This document shows, piece by piece, positions 8,520 through 16,683 of a DNA stretch of 33,993 bases (the first letter of the stretch is position 1; each line of letters opens with the position of its first letter). The translations under genes were made by a program, and so were the position numbers. Source of the DNA: Patescibacteria group bacterium. Lineage in GTDB: Bacteria; Patescibacteriota; Minisyncoccia; UBA6257; HR35. The stretch lies in contig JBBTQG010000003.1 in NCBI GenBank assembly GCA_038065795.1, positions 1 through 33,993 on the forward strand. The letters run 5' to 3'. The notes beneath the pieces are model-generated. The model worked only from the letters and a program-made list of their open reading frames with translations. It ran no database searches and was not told the DNA's origin.

Positions 8520-10679
8520 ATGACTTTAAAAGATTTAGAAATTCCGTTAAGAGAATTTAAAAGATTCGGCGATAAAACTATTGCTAATTTAGAGAAAGGC
8601 GGATTAAAAACCATCAGAGATTTAATTTATTATTTTCCATATCGTTACGAGGATTTGACAAAAGTTGTCAAAATTAAAGATATTATGGATTGTAATAAGG
8701 CTGGCGTTCAAGATGATAAAACAATTTTAGTTATTGGAGAAGTTAGTAATGTAAAAATTTTTCGTTCTCCAAGAAAAAAATTTATTATTGTGAACGCAAC
8801 AGTTACAGATGAAACTGGGAAATTAAGAATTATTTGGTTTAATCAATATTATCTCGCGCAAACTTTTAAGGACAATCCAAAAGTCGCTTTATGGGGAAAA
8901 TTATCAAAAGGCAAATACGGATTAAATCTTTCAAACCCACAATTTGAGAAATTAGAAGCTGGAAGTGGAATCCGCCAACTGGCGGAGGAAGTTGAATTTC
9001 AGCCGAGAATTTTGCCGGTTTATAGTGAAACGGCTGGAATTTATAGCTCATTTTTTGAGAAAAATATCAAAGACATTTTTGAGAATTATGAAATTGAAAA
9101 AATAAAAGACCCAATTCCGCAAAAAATACTTACGGAAATCCCAAATCTCAAATTCCAAATCCTAAAATTGGGTGAGGCGCTTGCGAGCATTCATAATCCA
9201 AAAAGTTTTGAGCAAATTAAGGAAGCGAGACATCTTCTTGCGTTTGAAGAAATTTTTTATATTCAGTTGCAACTATTAAAACGAAAAAAAAATGCAGTGA
9301 AAGAAAAAGCGCCAATTGTGAGCGTTGATAAAAAATTGGTAGATGATTTTTTGAGTAATTTTGATTTTGAATTAACAGGCGACCAGAATAAAGTTTTGGG
9401 TGAAATTTTAGATGATTTAAGGAAGCCATATCCGATGAATAGATTATTGCAAGGAGAAGTCGGAGCAGGGAAGACTTTAATTGCTGAAATCGCGGCATTA
9501 ATGCTTGTAAATAGTGGCTACCAAGTTTTAATGATGGCGCCGACTGAAATTTTAGCAAGACAACATTTTGGCAGAATTTTGGAAGATTTTTCAAAACTGG
9601 ATTTTGGAGTTGGTCTTTGGGTTTCAAAAGACGGATGCTATGGTCACCATGGATTTAGGGCAAAAAAATCTCCAACGGAAATTTTAAAAATGGTTTCGCA
9701 AAAAAGAATAAATTTTCTTGTCGGCACCCACGCTCTTCTTGAAGCAAAAACAGAATTTTCAGATGTTGGACTGGTAGTCATTGATGAACAGCAAAGATTT
9801 GGAATTGCGCAAAGAAAAAAACTTTTGAAATTATCATCACAGAAATTTTCACCGCATATTTTGTCAATGACAGCAACTCCAATTCCAAGAACACTCGCTC
9901 TTACTTTTTACGGAGACTTGGATTTGTCAATTATTCGGGAACGACCAAAAGAAAGAAAAAAAGTTGATACATTTATAGTGAGACCGGAAAAACGAGAACA
10001 ACTTTGGGGATTTGTAAAAAAGGAAATTGAAAAAGGGCATCAAACATTTATTATATGCCCCAGAGTTGAGGTTAGGGATGGGGCGATAGAAATGAGAAGT
10101 GAAATTAAAGCTGTAAAGGAGGAATACGAACGGATTAAAAAAATATTTCCCGAGTTTAATGTTGAGATGATGTATGGAAAAATGAAAGCAGGTGAAAAAG
10201 AAAACGCGTTGAAAAAATTACAAAACGCAGAAACGCAAATTTTAGTTGCGTCATCTGTTATTGAAGTTGGAATTGATTTGCCGCTAGCGACTGTGATAAT
10301 TGTTGAAGGTTCTGAAAGATTTGGATTAAGTCAATTACATCAATTGCGTGGAAGAGTCGGTAGGTCAATACATAAAAGTTTTTGTTTTTTGGTAATGGAA
10401 AATTATTCTTCAACAGCATATGAAAGATTAAAGGCTATTGTTAGGTCTGATAATGCATTAGAACTTGCAGAAAAAGATTTGGAAATTAGAGGGGCAGGGG
10501 AGCTTTTGGGCGAAAGACAATCAGGAGTTTCAGATTTGGCGATGCAGGCGTTGAAAGATGCTAATTTGGTTCAAATTGTAAAAGAATCTTCGGAAAAATT
10601 AATGGCAGAAAATCCAGAGTTAAAAGATTTGCCGTTACTAAGGGAGGAGATTGATAAAAGAGTGGATATAACAGGATAA
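8520..10679 (+). CDS. recG: ATP-dependent DNA helicase RecG
   Basis: MNRLLQGEVGAGKT, MAPTEILARQH, IDEQQRFG, MTATPIPRTL, QLHQLRGRVGR, DLEIRGAGELLG. Confidence 0.97.
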   Translation: MTLKDLEIPLREFKRFGDKTIANLEKGGLKTIRDLIYYFPYRYEDLTKVVKIKDIMDCNKAGVQDDKTILVIGEVSNVKIFRSPRKKFIIVNATVTDETGKLRIIWFNQYYLAQTFKDNPKVALWGKLSKGKYGLNLSNPQFEKLEAGSGIRQLAEEVEFQPRILPVYSETAGIYSSFFEKNIKDIFENYEIEKIKDPIPQKILTEIPNLKFQILKLGEALASIHNPKSFEQIKEARHLLAFEEIFYIQLQLLKRKKNAVKEKAPIVSVDKKLVDDFLSNFDFELTGDQNKVLGEILDDLRKPYPMNRLLQGEVGAGKTLIAEIAALMLVNSGYQVLMMAPTEILARQHFGRILEDFSKLDFGVGLWVSKDGCYGHHGFRAKKSPTEILKMVSQKRINFLVGTHALLEAKTEFSDVGLVVIDEQQRFGIAQRKKLLKLSSQKFSPHILSMTATPIPRTLALTFYGDLDLSIIRERPKERKKVDTFIVRPEKREQLWGFVKKEIEKGHQTFIICPRVEVRDGAIEMRSEIKAVKEEYERIKKIFPEFNVEMMYGKMKAGEKENALKKLQNAETQILVASSVIEVGIDLPLATVIIVEGSERFGLSQLHQLRGRVGRSIHKSFCFLVMENYSSTAYERLKAIVRSDNALELAEKDLEIRGAGELLGERQSGVSDLAMQALKDANLVQIVKESSEKLMAENPELKDLPLLREEIDKRVDITG

Positions 10680-10723
10680 TCGTTCGTTACTCTAATATTA
10701 CTAGGTAGCGGTGCATATTAGGG

Positions 10724-10751
10724 TTGATTTTCAAAAATAATATCTTATAAT
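10724..10751 (+). promoter_or_regulatory. Putative sigma70 promoter for an intergenic RNA
   Basis: TTGATT-N16-TATAAT. Confidence 0.45.
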
Positions 10752-10757
10752 TAAATT

Positions 10758-10935
10758 AGTAAACATTCTGCGGTGCGTCCTAGTTGTTCTGGCTCGTAAT
10801 GTGTCTTCCTAAATCCGAAATGGATGCAGGGCTCTTAGACACGACGCGCGAAGAACACAAGAGTCCCCGTGAATGGTTTACTGGGAAAGTTATAAGCGGA
10901 GTTGACTTGTCCTCCGACGCTTTCCTTTTTTTATT
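10758..10935 (+). ncRNA. Candidate structured ncRNA (rod-like; SRP- or 6S-like, unassigned)
   Basis: GC-rich stretch in an AT-rich spacer. Nested pairings TGTTCT/AGAACA, GTGTCT/AGACAC, TCCT/AGGG, ATCC/GGAT. 3' hairpin GGAAAG..CGGAG/CTCCG..CTTTCC followed by a T-run. Confidence 0.5.
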
Positions 10936-10970
10936 TTTTATAGAAAATTCTTTTAAAATTTCAAGATTGG

Positions 10971-12101
10971 TTATTTTTGTATTGCTTCTAATCCCGGTAA
11001 AGTTTCATTTGCTAAATAATTTAACATCGCTCCGCCACCAGTGGAAATAAAATCAAATTTGCTATGAAGCTTGTGTTTATATAAAAATGAAATTGTATCT
11101 CCTCCGCCAACGATTGTAAAATTTTTCATCCTTACTAGTTCTTTTGCAAACAATAAAGTTCCTGCTTCAGATTCTCCATCAGAAAGTTTTGCAAATGGTC
11201 CATTCCAAACAATAATGTCCATTTTTTTTAATCTTTTTAAAAATATTTTTATGCTTTTTAAGTCTGTGTCATCGTTGACTTTTTGCGGGATTAAAATTCT
11301 GTCATTTTCTATTTGGTGTGTTTCAGTAAATTCTTTTGCGGTTAATCCACCTAAAACAATCAAATCCGCTTTGTTTAAAAATTTTTTTATTAAAGGCAAT
11401 TTTGTTTCAATTTTCGCTCCACCAATCACAATCGCTAATTTATTATCACTTTCAAAAACTTTGTTTAAGTTCCTTATTTCATTTTCGAAATTTATTCCAA
11501 AATACGAAGGTAAAAATTTTGGGATTTCAATAATTGACGCGTGATTTCTATGGCTAACAGAAAACGCCTCATTTACAAAAACATCGGCAAGTTCGGATAA
11601 ACTTTTTGCAAATTCAATATCGTTTTTTTCTTCGCCTTCAAAAAATCTCAAATTTTCTAAAAGTATAAATTTATCATTAGGCAATGCCGAAAATGACGGA
11701 AATGACGAAAAATAAGTTTTCGTCATTTCCGTCGCTGAAAATGAATTATCATTTTCAGCATTATTTTTCGGCGCTAAAAACGACTTATCGTTTTTAGCGT
11801 TTTCTTCATACTTCCAATTCACAAACTTAAATTCTGGCAGATACGGAATAAATTTTTCCAAAGAATAATCTGCGTATCCACGTTGGTCAGCATATGGCGG
11901 TTGTCCTAAATGTGAAATGAAAATAATCTGTTTCGCTGATTCTAAGAATTTTAATAAATCTTTTGCAATTTTAATTCTGTAATTTTCAATCTGCGTAAAT
12001 CCGCATGTTTCAATATTGAGATCAACTCTCACTAAAACTCTTTTGTCTATAATTTTGTTTATATTCTTGCTTAATAAATATTTGTTATTTAGTTTTACCA
12101 T
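10971..12101 (-). CDS. pgk: Phosphoglycerate kinase, with in-frame repeat insertions
   Basis: RVLVRVDLN, ISHLG, LLENLRF, VNEAFSVSHRNHAS, GGAK, VWNGP, VGGGDT, ISTGGGA. Confidence 0.95.
   Translation of the reverse strand: MVKLNNKYLLSKNINKIIDKRVLVRVDLNIETCGFTQIENYRIKIAKDLLKFLESAKQIIFISHLGQPPYADQRGYADYSLEKFIPYLPEFKFVNWKYEENAKNDKSFLAPKNNAENDNSFSATEMTKTYFSSFPSFSALPNDKFILLENLRFFEGEEKNDIEFAKSLSELADVFVNEAFSVSHRNHASIIEIPKFLPSYFGINFENEIRNLNKVFESDNKLAIVIGGAKIETKLPLIKKFLNKADLIVLGGLTAKEFTETHQIENDRILIPQKVNDDTDLKSIKIFLKRLKKMDIIVWNGPFAKLSDGESEAGTLLFAKELVRMKNFTIVGGGDTISFLYKHKLHSKFDFISTGGGAMLNYLANETLPGLEAIQK
11685..11798. mobile_element. 114-bp multi-hairpin element (GCCGAAAA/GCTGAAAA family), in frame in pgk
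   Basis: Hairpins GACGGAAATGACGAAAA/TTTTCGTCATTTCCGTC, GCTGAAAATGA/TCATTTTCAGC and GCTAAAAACGA/TCGTTTTTAGC; a homolog lies at 29636-29731. Confidence 0.85.
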
Positions 12102-12172
12102 TTTACTTGATAGTATTATAATGCTAATCCTTGAACGGGCTTTAGCCCCATAACAAGAATTTATTTTTCAAT

Positions 12173-13672
12173 TTAATCATTTTGCATAAATCTGTATTGG
12201 ATTGCTTCGCCAATGTGTTTTGAATTTATTATTTTTTCATTTTCCATATCTGCAATTGTTCGTCCAACTTTTAAGATTTTATGAACAGCGCGCAAAGACA
12301 ATTTATAATTATCAACAGCTTTTTCAAGTATATTTTCAGCTGATTTTTCAGCATTGCAGTAAATTTTCATTTCTTTTGGAGATAACTCTCCATTATATTT
12401 GCCTTGCCTGTTAAATTGAAGAACTTTTAATTTTAAAATGTTTTGTTTAATTTTTTCAAGGTCAATTTTATTATCTTTAAAAATTTTCTCGCCCTCAATT
12501 CTTGGAACAAGCAAATATATGTCTAATCTATCCAAAATCGGACCAGAAATTTTTTTCTGATATCGGCGTATTTCCGAAGTTGAACAAGAGCATTCTTTTT
12601 CTTTGTCTTGATAAAATCCGCAAGGGCAGGGATTATAAGCGCCAATAAATAAAAAGTTTGTCGGAATTTTTAATCTGCGTTTAGCTCGCGAGATTGTAAT
12701 TTCTTTATTTTCAAGCGGTTCTCTTAATCCTTCCAAAACATCGCGTCTAAATTCTGGAAGTTCGTCTAAAAATAAAATTCCTCTATGCGCTAAACTTATT
12801 TCACCGGGTCGCGGAGAACTTCCTCCCCCTAAAATTGATACAGGCGAAGCAGTATGATGCGGATTGCGAAATGGAGGATAAAAAACAAACTCATCTTGCA
12901 ATTCACCGCAAGAACTATAAATCCCCGTAATTTCAAGAGATTCTTCGTAATTTAACGGCGGAAGTAAATGTGTAAGCGCTTTCCCAATCAAAGTTTTTCC
13001 TGTTCCCGGTGGTCCATAGAGTAAAAGATTGTGTCGTCCCGCGCCAACAATTTCAAGCGCCCTCCAAAGATGTGGCGGAAGTTTTAAGAAATCCAAATCA
13101 ATTTCCAGTGGCTTAGGATTAAATTTTTCGGATTTAATCGGAGGTTTTATTTTTATACCTTCAAGGAATTCAACAACTTCATTCAAATTTTCAAACGAAT
13201 AAATTTCAGCATCTTTTAAAAATCTGATTTCAAATTCATTTTGTGCGGGTATAAAAAATTTTTTAAATCCAAGCTTTGAAGCTTTGAGAATAATAGGAAG
13301 AACTCCTTGAATTTTTTTTAAATTTCCGTCAAGTCCAAGCTCGCCTAAAAATAACACCTTATCTAATCCAGAAAAACTGATTTGTTCCGATGCTTTTAAA
13401 AAACTAATTGCAATTGCTAAATCTAAAAGCGCCCCACCTTTTTTAATATCACCGGGAGCTAAATTGACAATTGTTTTCGCGTTGAATTTTAATGGAGGCT
13501 TTGCTTTAATTGATTTAATCGCAAGCGTAAGTCGTTCGCGCGATTCGCCGATGCTTTTGTCAGCAAGACCTACTATATTGAAGCTGGTCAATCCCTTCAA
13601 AAGTCCTGTTTCAATTTCAACAATTTGAGGTTCTATTCCGTCCAAGACCGCTGAAAAAGTTTTTGCAATCAT
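12173..13672 (-). CDS. comM: YifB/ComM Mg-chelatase-like AAA ATPase
   Basis: IVGLAD, VNLAPGD, GELGLDG, GPPGTGKT, PFRNPHH, GEISLAHRGILFLDELPEF, NPCPCG, SGPILDRLD. Confidence 0.93.
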   Translation of the reverse strand: MIAKTFSAVLDGIEPQIVEIETGLLKGLTSFNIVGLADKSIGESRERLTLAIKSIKAKPPLKFNAKTIVNLAPGDIKKGGALLDLAIAISFLKASEQISFSGLDKVLFLGELGLDGNLKKIQGVLPIILKASKLGFKKFFIPAQNEFEIRFLKDAEIYSFENLNEVVEFLEGIKIKPPIKSEKFNPKPLEIDLDFLKLPPHLWRALEIVGAGRHNLLLYGPPGTGKTLIGKALTHLLPPLNYEESLEITGIYSSCGELQDEFVFYPPFRNPHHTASPVSILGGGSSPRPGEISLAHRGILFLDELPEFRRDVLEGLREPLENKEITISRAKRRLKIPTNFLFIGAYNPCPCGFYQDKEKECSCSTSEIRRYQKKISGPILDRLDIYLLVPRIEGEKIFKDNKIDLEKIKQNILKLKVLQFNRQGKYNGELSPKEMKIYCNAEKSAENILEKAVDNYKLSLRAVHKILKVGRTIADMENEKIINSKHIGEAIQYRFMQND

Positions 13673-13686
13673 TTATTTAATTTATA

Positions 13687-13841
13687 CAAGGTGAGTAAAA
13701 TTTTCTCGATCATTGCAGTCGGTTCGCTCCAGCGGCGAACCGCTGCTCATCTCTCACCCCACCAACCGAGCACCATAAATGGTGCTCGGACCAATCTTGG
13801 CGGGGCTACGAGGCGTGCTCTCAAAAACTTTACTCACCTTG
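13687..13841. repeat. Composite nested inverted-repeat element (MITE-like)
   Basis: Terminal IR CAAGGTGAGTAAA/TTTACTCACCTTG encloses GGTTCGCT/GGCGAACC, CCCCACCAA/TTGGCGGGG and CCGAGCACCAT/ATGGTGCTCGG. Confidence 0.7.
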
Positions 13842-13857
13842 GATTATATGAAAATTA

Positions 13858-14338
13858 TAAGGCATAGAATAAGCCGGATTTTGTCTTGCCCCGCTTAGCG
13901 GGGTGAAGTAGTCATCTATCTAGCCATAAACTTGCGTTTATGGTCAAGCGGTACTCCCAGCACCATAAATGATGCTCGATACGACCTTGAACCCAGAACT
14001 CAAAAACCGCTACGGCAAAATTGCTTTTGCCGAGATGACGGTAGCAAAAGAATGAATGATTTCACACCCGTCAACTTTTCACCTTTTTTACTCCGCTAAG
14101 CGGAGTCGTAGTATTGTCTCTGTGATTTTTGTCAGACATTACTGCCTGCCTCCTTTTAGGGGGATTCACTCGCGCACCCTTTATACCATTATTACAAGGA
14201 GATATTACCGATAAAACAATGTGCCTTCATTAGATATAAAGGGTGCGCGATGGGTTTCCGGACTTTCCTCCTATCCGTAGTTTTTGTAAATTAAAAATTT
14301 ACAAAAACTACGGATAGGCGACCACTTTCCATACCTTA
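13858..14338 (-). ncRNA. rnpB: RNase P RNA (expanded, about 480 nt)
   Basis: Minus strand has GAGGAAAGTCCGG (P4 5' side), ACAGAGA and GGTGAAA conserved regions, and 3' GACAAAATCCGGCTTAT. P1 is TAAGGTATGGAA/TTCTATGCCTTA. Confidence 0.92.
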
Positions 14339-14520
14339 ATATAATTATATCCCATATATTTGCTTTTTACAATTTTTTGGGTATAATTTGAGTATCGTGG
14401 AAGTCAGTCCACGCAGTATTTAATATATTCATAAAATAATTAAAACGCCGAAAATAATTTATTATTTTTGGCGCTGAAATTTGAAAATGTTGAATTTTCA
14501 GATTTCAGCTTTACTGAAAA

Positions 14521-14931
14521 ATGCCGACAATACATCAATTAACAAAAAAGGGAAGAAAATCTAAGAAAAAGAAGCCAAAAGCCGCGGCGCTTTTGAGTGT
14601 TTATAATACTTTAAAAAGAAAAGAGAAATTTTTAGCATCTTCATTTAAGCGAGGCGTTTGTCTTAGGGTCTATACAATGACTCCCAAAAAACCAAATTCA
14701 GCCTTGAGAAAAGTTGCAAAAGTTAGATTGAGTAATGGCAAAGAAGTAACAGTTTATATTCCGGGAATGGGACATAGTTTGCAGGAGCACTCCATTGTTT
14801 TAATTCGCGGAGGAAGAGTGAGAGATTTGCCGGGAATAAGATATCATATTGTTAGAGGAAAATATGATACAACAGGAGTTGAGGGCAGAAAACAGAGTCG
14901 TTCTAAGTATGGCGCAAAAGCTCCGAAGTAA
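14521..14931 (+). CDS. rpsL: 30S ribosomal protein S12
   Basis: [38 protein letters not shown]. Confidence 0.99.
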   Translation: MPTIHQLTKKGRKSKKKKPKAAALLSVYNTLKRKEKFLASSFKRGVCLRVYTMTPKKPNSALRKVAKVRLSNGKEVTVYIPGMGHSLQEHSIVLIRGGRVRDLPGIRYHIVRGKYDTTGVEGRKQSRSKYGAKAPK

Positions 14932-14947
14932 TAAATTACTATAGAAA

Positions 14948-15433
14948 ATGAGAAAAAAATCAACATATAAAAAAAATTGGTCAGCTGACCCTGTTTTTAA
15001 TAGCATAGCTGTAACAAGATTTATAAATAATTTAATGATAGGTGGTGGAAAGGCGACTGCTCAGAAAATTTTTTATCAAGCAATGGATGAAATCAAAAAA
15101 CAGACAGATGAGAATCCTTTTAAGGTTTTTCAATCAGCTTTAAAAAATGTTGCGCCAAATTTGGAAGTTTGGGGAAGGAGAGTTGGTGGAGCTTCTTATT
15201 TGATTCCAAGAGTAGTAAGACCCGAGAGAAGATTTTCATGTGCTGTAAAATGGATTGTTAAGGCAGTTGTTAATAAAAAAGGAAAACCTTCGTATATTAA
15301 ACTCGCAGATGAACTCATTGCGGCAAGCAAAAATGAAGGTGGCGCTGTTAAGAAAAAAGAAGATGTTCACAAGCAGGCGGATATGAACAGAGCATTCGCG
15401 CATTTCGCTTGGTGGGGAAGGAAAAAGAGATAA
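14948..15433 (+). CDS. rpsG: 30S ribosomal protein S7
   Basis: ADPVFNS, RRVGGASY, KKKEDVHKQADMNRAFAHF; follows rpsL. Confidence 0.97.
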   Translation: MRKKSTYKKNWSADPVFNSIAVTRFINNLMIGGGKATAQKIFYQAMDEIKKQTDENPFKVFQSALKNVAPNLEVWGRRVGGASYLIPRVVRPERRFSCAVKWIVKAVVNKKGKPSYIKLADELIAASKNEGGAVKKKEDVHKQADMNRAFAHFAWWGRKKR

Positions 15434-15501
15434 ATCAAGAATCTCTATAATTTATTAAAAAATTTTACATCATTCAAAAAATTCTTTATAATAATAGAAT
15501 A

Positions 15502-15720
15502 ATGAATCGGGTTATAATTGCCGAAAAAGAATATCAAGATTTAAAAAAGCAAGCAAAAGCGTATAGAAATTTAGTTAGTAAAGTTTTTGAATCTGCAATA
15601 AAAGATCCAATTAGCGAAGTAGTTGATGATTTCAAAAAAACAAATTTTTATAGCGAGGATTTTTTGGTTGACCTTGAAAATGGTCTTAGAAAATCTTCTT
15701 ATTCAAAAACAAATCTATGA
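15502..15720 (+). CDS. Putative antitoxin
   Basis: 72 aa; 4-nt ATGA overlap with the downstream RelE-like gene. Confidence 0.6.
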   Translation: MNRVIIAEKEYQDLKKQAKAYRNLVSKVFESAIKDPISEVVDDFKKTNFYSEDFLVDLENGLRKSSYSKTNL

Positions 15721-15971
15721 TATTAAAGCCATTGAGGAAAGACCTCGTTGAATTTATTAAAAAGCATAGATTGACTAAAAAATGGTTAAAAGTAAAAAAA
15801 TTATTTGAGAGCAATAAAAATCACCCGTCATTAGATACAGAACTTTTAAACCCTAAATGGCGAGGTATTTACTCTCTTAGGATAGATAAAAGGTATAGAG
15901 CGCTATTTTTTATTATAAGCGCAGAAGAAGCAGAGATTTTTCTCCTGCAACCTATTGTGGTCGATTGTTGA
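15717..15971 (+). CDS. RelE/HigB-superfamily toxin (C-terminus possibly altered)
   Basis: HPSLDTELL...GIYSLRIDKRYRALF. Confidence 0.75.
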   Translation: MILKPLRKDLVEFIKKHRLTKKWLKVKKLFESNKNHPSLDTELLNPKWRGIYSLRIDKRYRALFFIISAEEAEIFLLQPIVVDC

Positions 15972-16082
15972 CCAGTTTGATTACTACTATAATTATATCA
16001 AACTATTAAAAATAAGTCAAGTTTTTGACATCGCTACGCTATTTTTAGATTTGGGTGGTTTTGTGGTATAATTTATAAGTCA

Positions 16083-16337
16083 ATGAAAGTGGTTTTTACT
16101 GGTCATTTTTTGAAAAGATTAAGCGAACGCAATTTAAATAAATTACAAGTTAGGGAAGTTATATTAAATCCCGATAAAATAGTCAAAGAAAAACCCAATA
16201 GATTTAGGGCTATGAAATTTATATCCAAAAACAATAAGCCGTTTTTGTTTATCGTAATTTATGATAAAATAAATAATAAAAAAGTTGAGGTTGTAACGGC
16301 TTTTTTGACGAGTAAGATTAAACGATACATAGATTAA
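16083..16337 (+). CDS. DUF4258-like putative toxin
   Basis: VVFTGHFLKRLSER...VILNPD...VVTAF; coupled to a DUF2283-like gene. Confidence 0.75.
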   Translation: MKVVFTGHFLKRLSERNLNKLQVREVILNPDKIVKEKPNRFRAMKFISKNNKPFLFIVIYDKINNKKVEVVTAFLTSKIKRYID

Positions 16338-16564
16338 TGAAAATTGAATACGATAAAAAATTAGATGCAATGTATATAAAATTTCTTGATGGAAATTATG
16401 TTGAAAGCGAAGAAGTTTCTGCTGGAGTGATTTTTGATTATGATAAAAAAGGCAAAATAATGGGCATTGAAATTTTAGACGCTTCAAAAAAATTATCAAC
16501 AAAAAAATCCAATCAAATTTTTAATACAAGCAAAATTTCCTTAGAACCATCGTATTCTACATAA
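16337..16564 (+). CDS. DUF2283-like putative antitoxin
   Basis: MKIEYDKKLDAMYIKF...IFDYDKKGKIMGIEILDAS. Confidence 0.85.
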   Translation: MKIEYDKKLDAMYIKFLDGNYVESEEVSAGVIFDYDKKGKIMGIEILDASKKLSTKKSNQIFNTSKISLEPSYST

Positions 16565-16683
16565 TAATAAGATTTACGCGTTAATATATTTAATTATTGT
16601 AAAATAATAAAGCATAAAATAACAAGTTGTTTTGGGCTTTAAAAAACAGATTTTTGACAATATTGTTATTTTAGGTTATAAAA

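Noticed and set aside
10784-11050. 88-aa plus-strand ORF
   Set aside because: TTG start, overlaps the pgk 3' end antisense and runs through a terminator-like T-tract; better explained as structured RNA.
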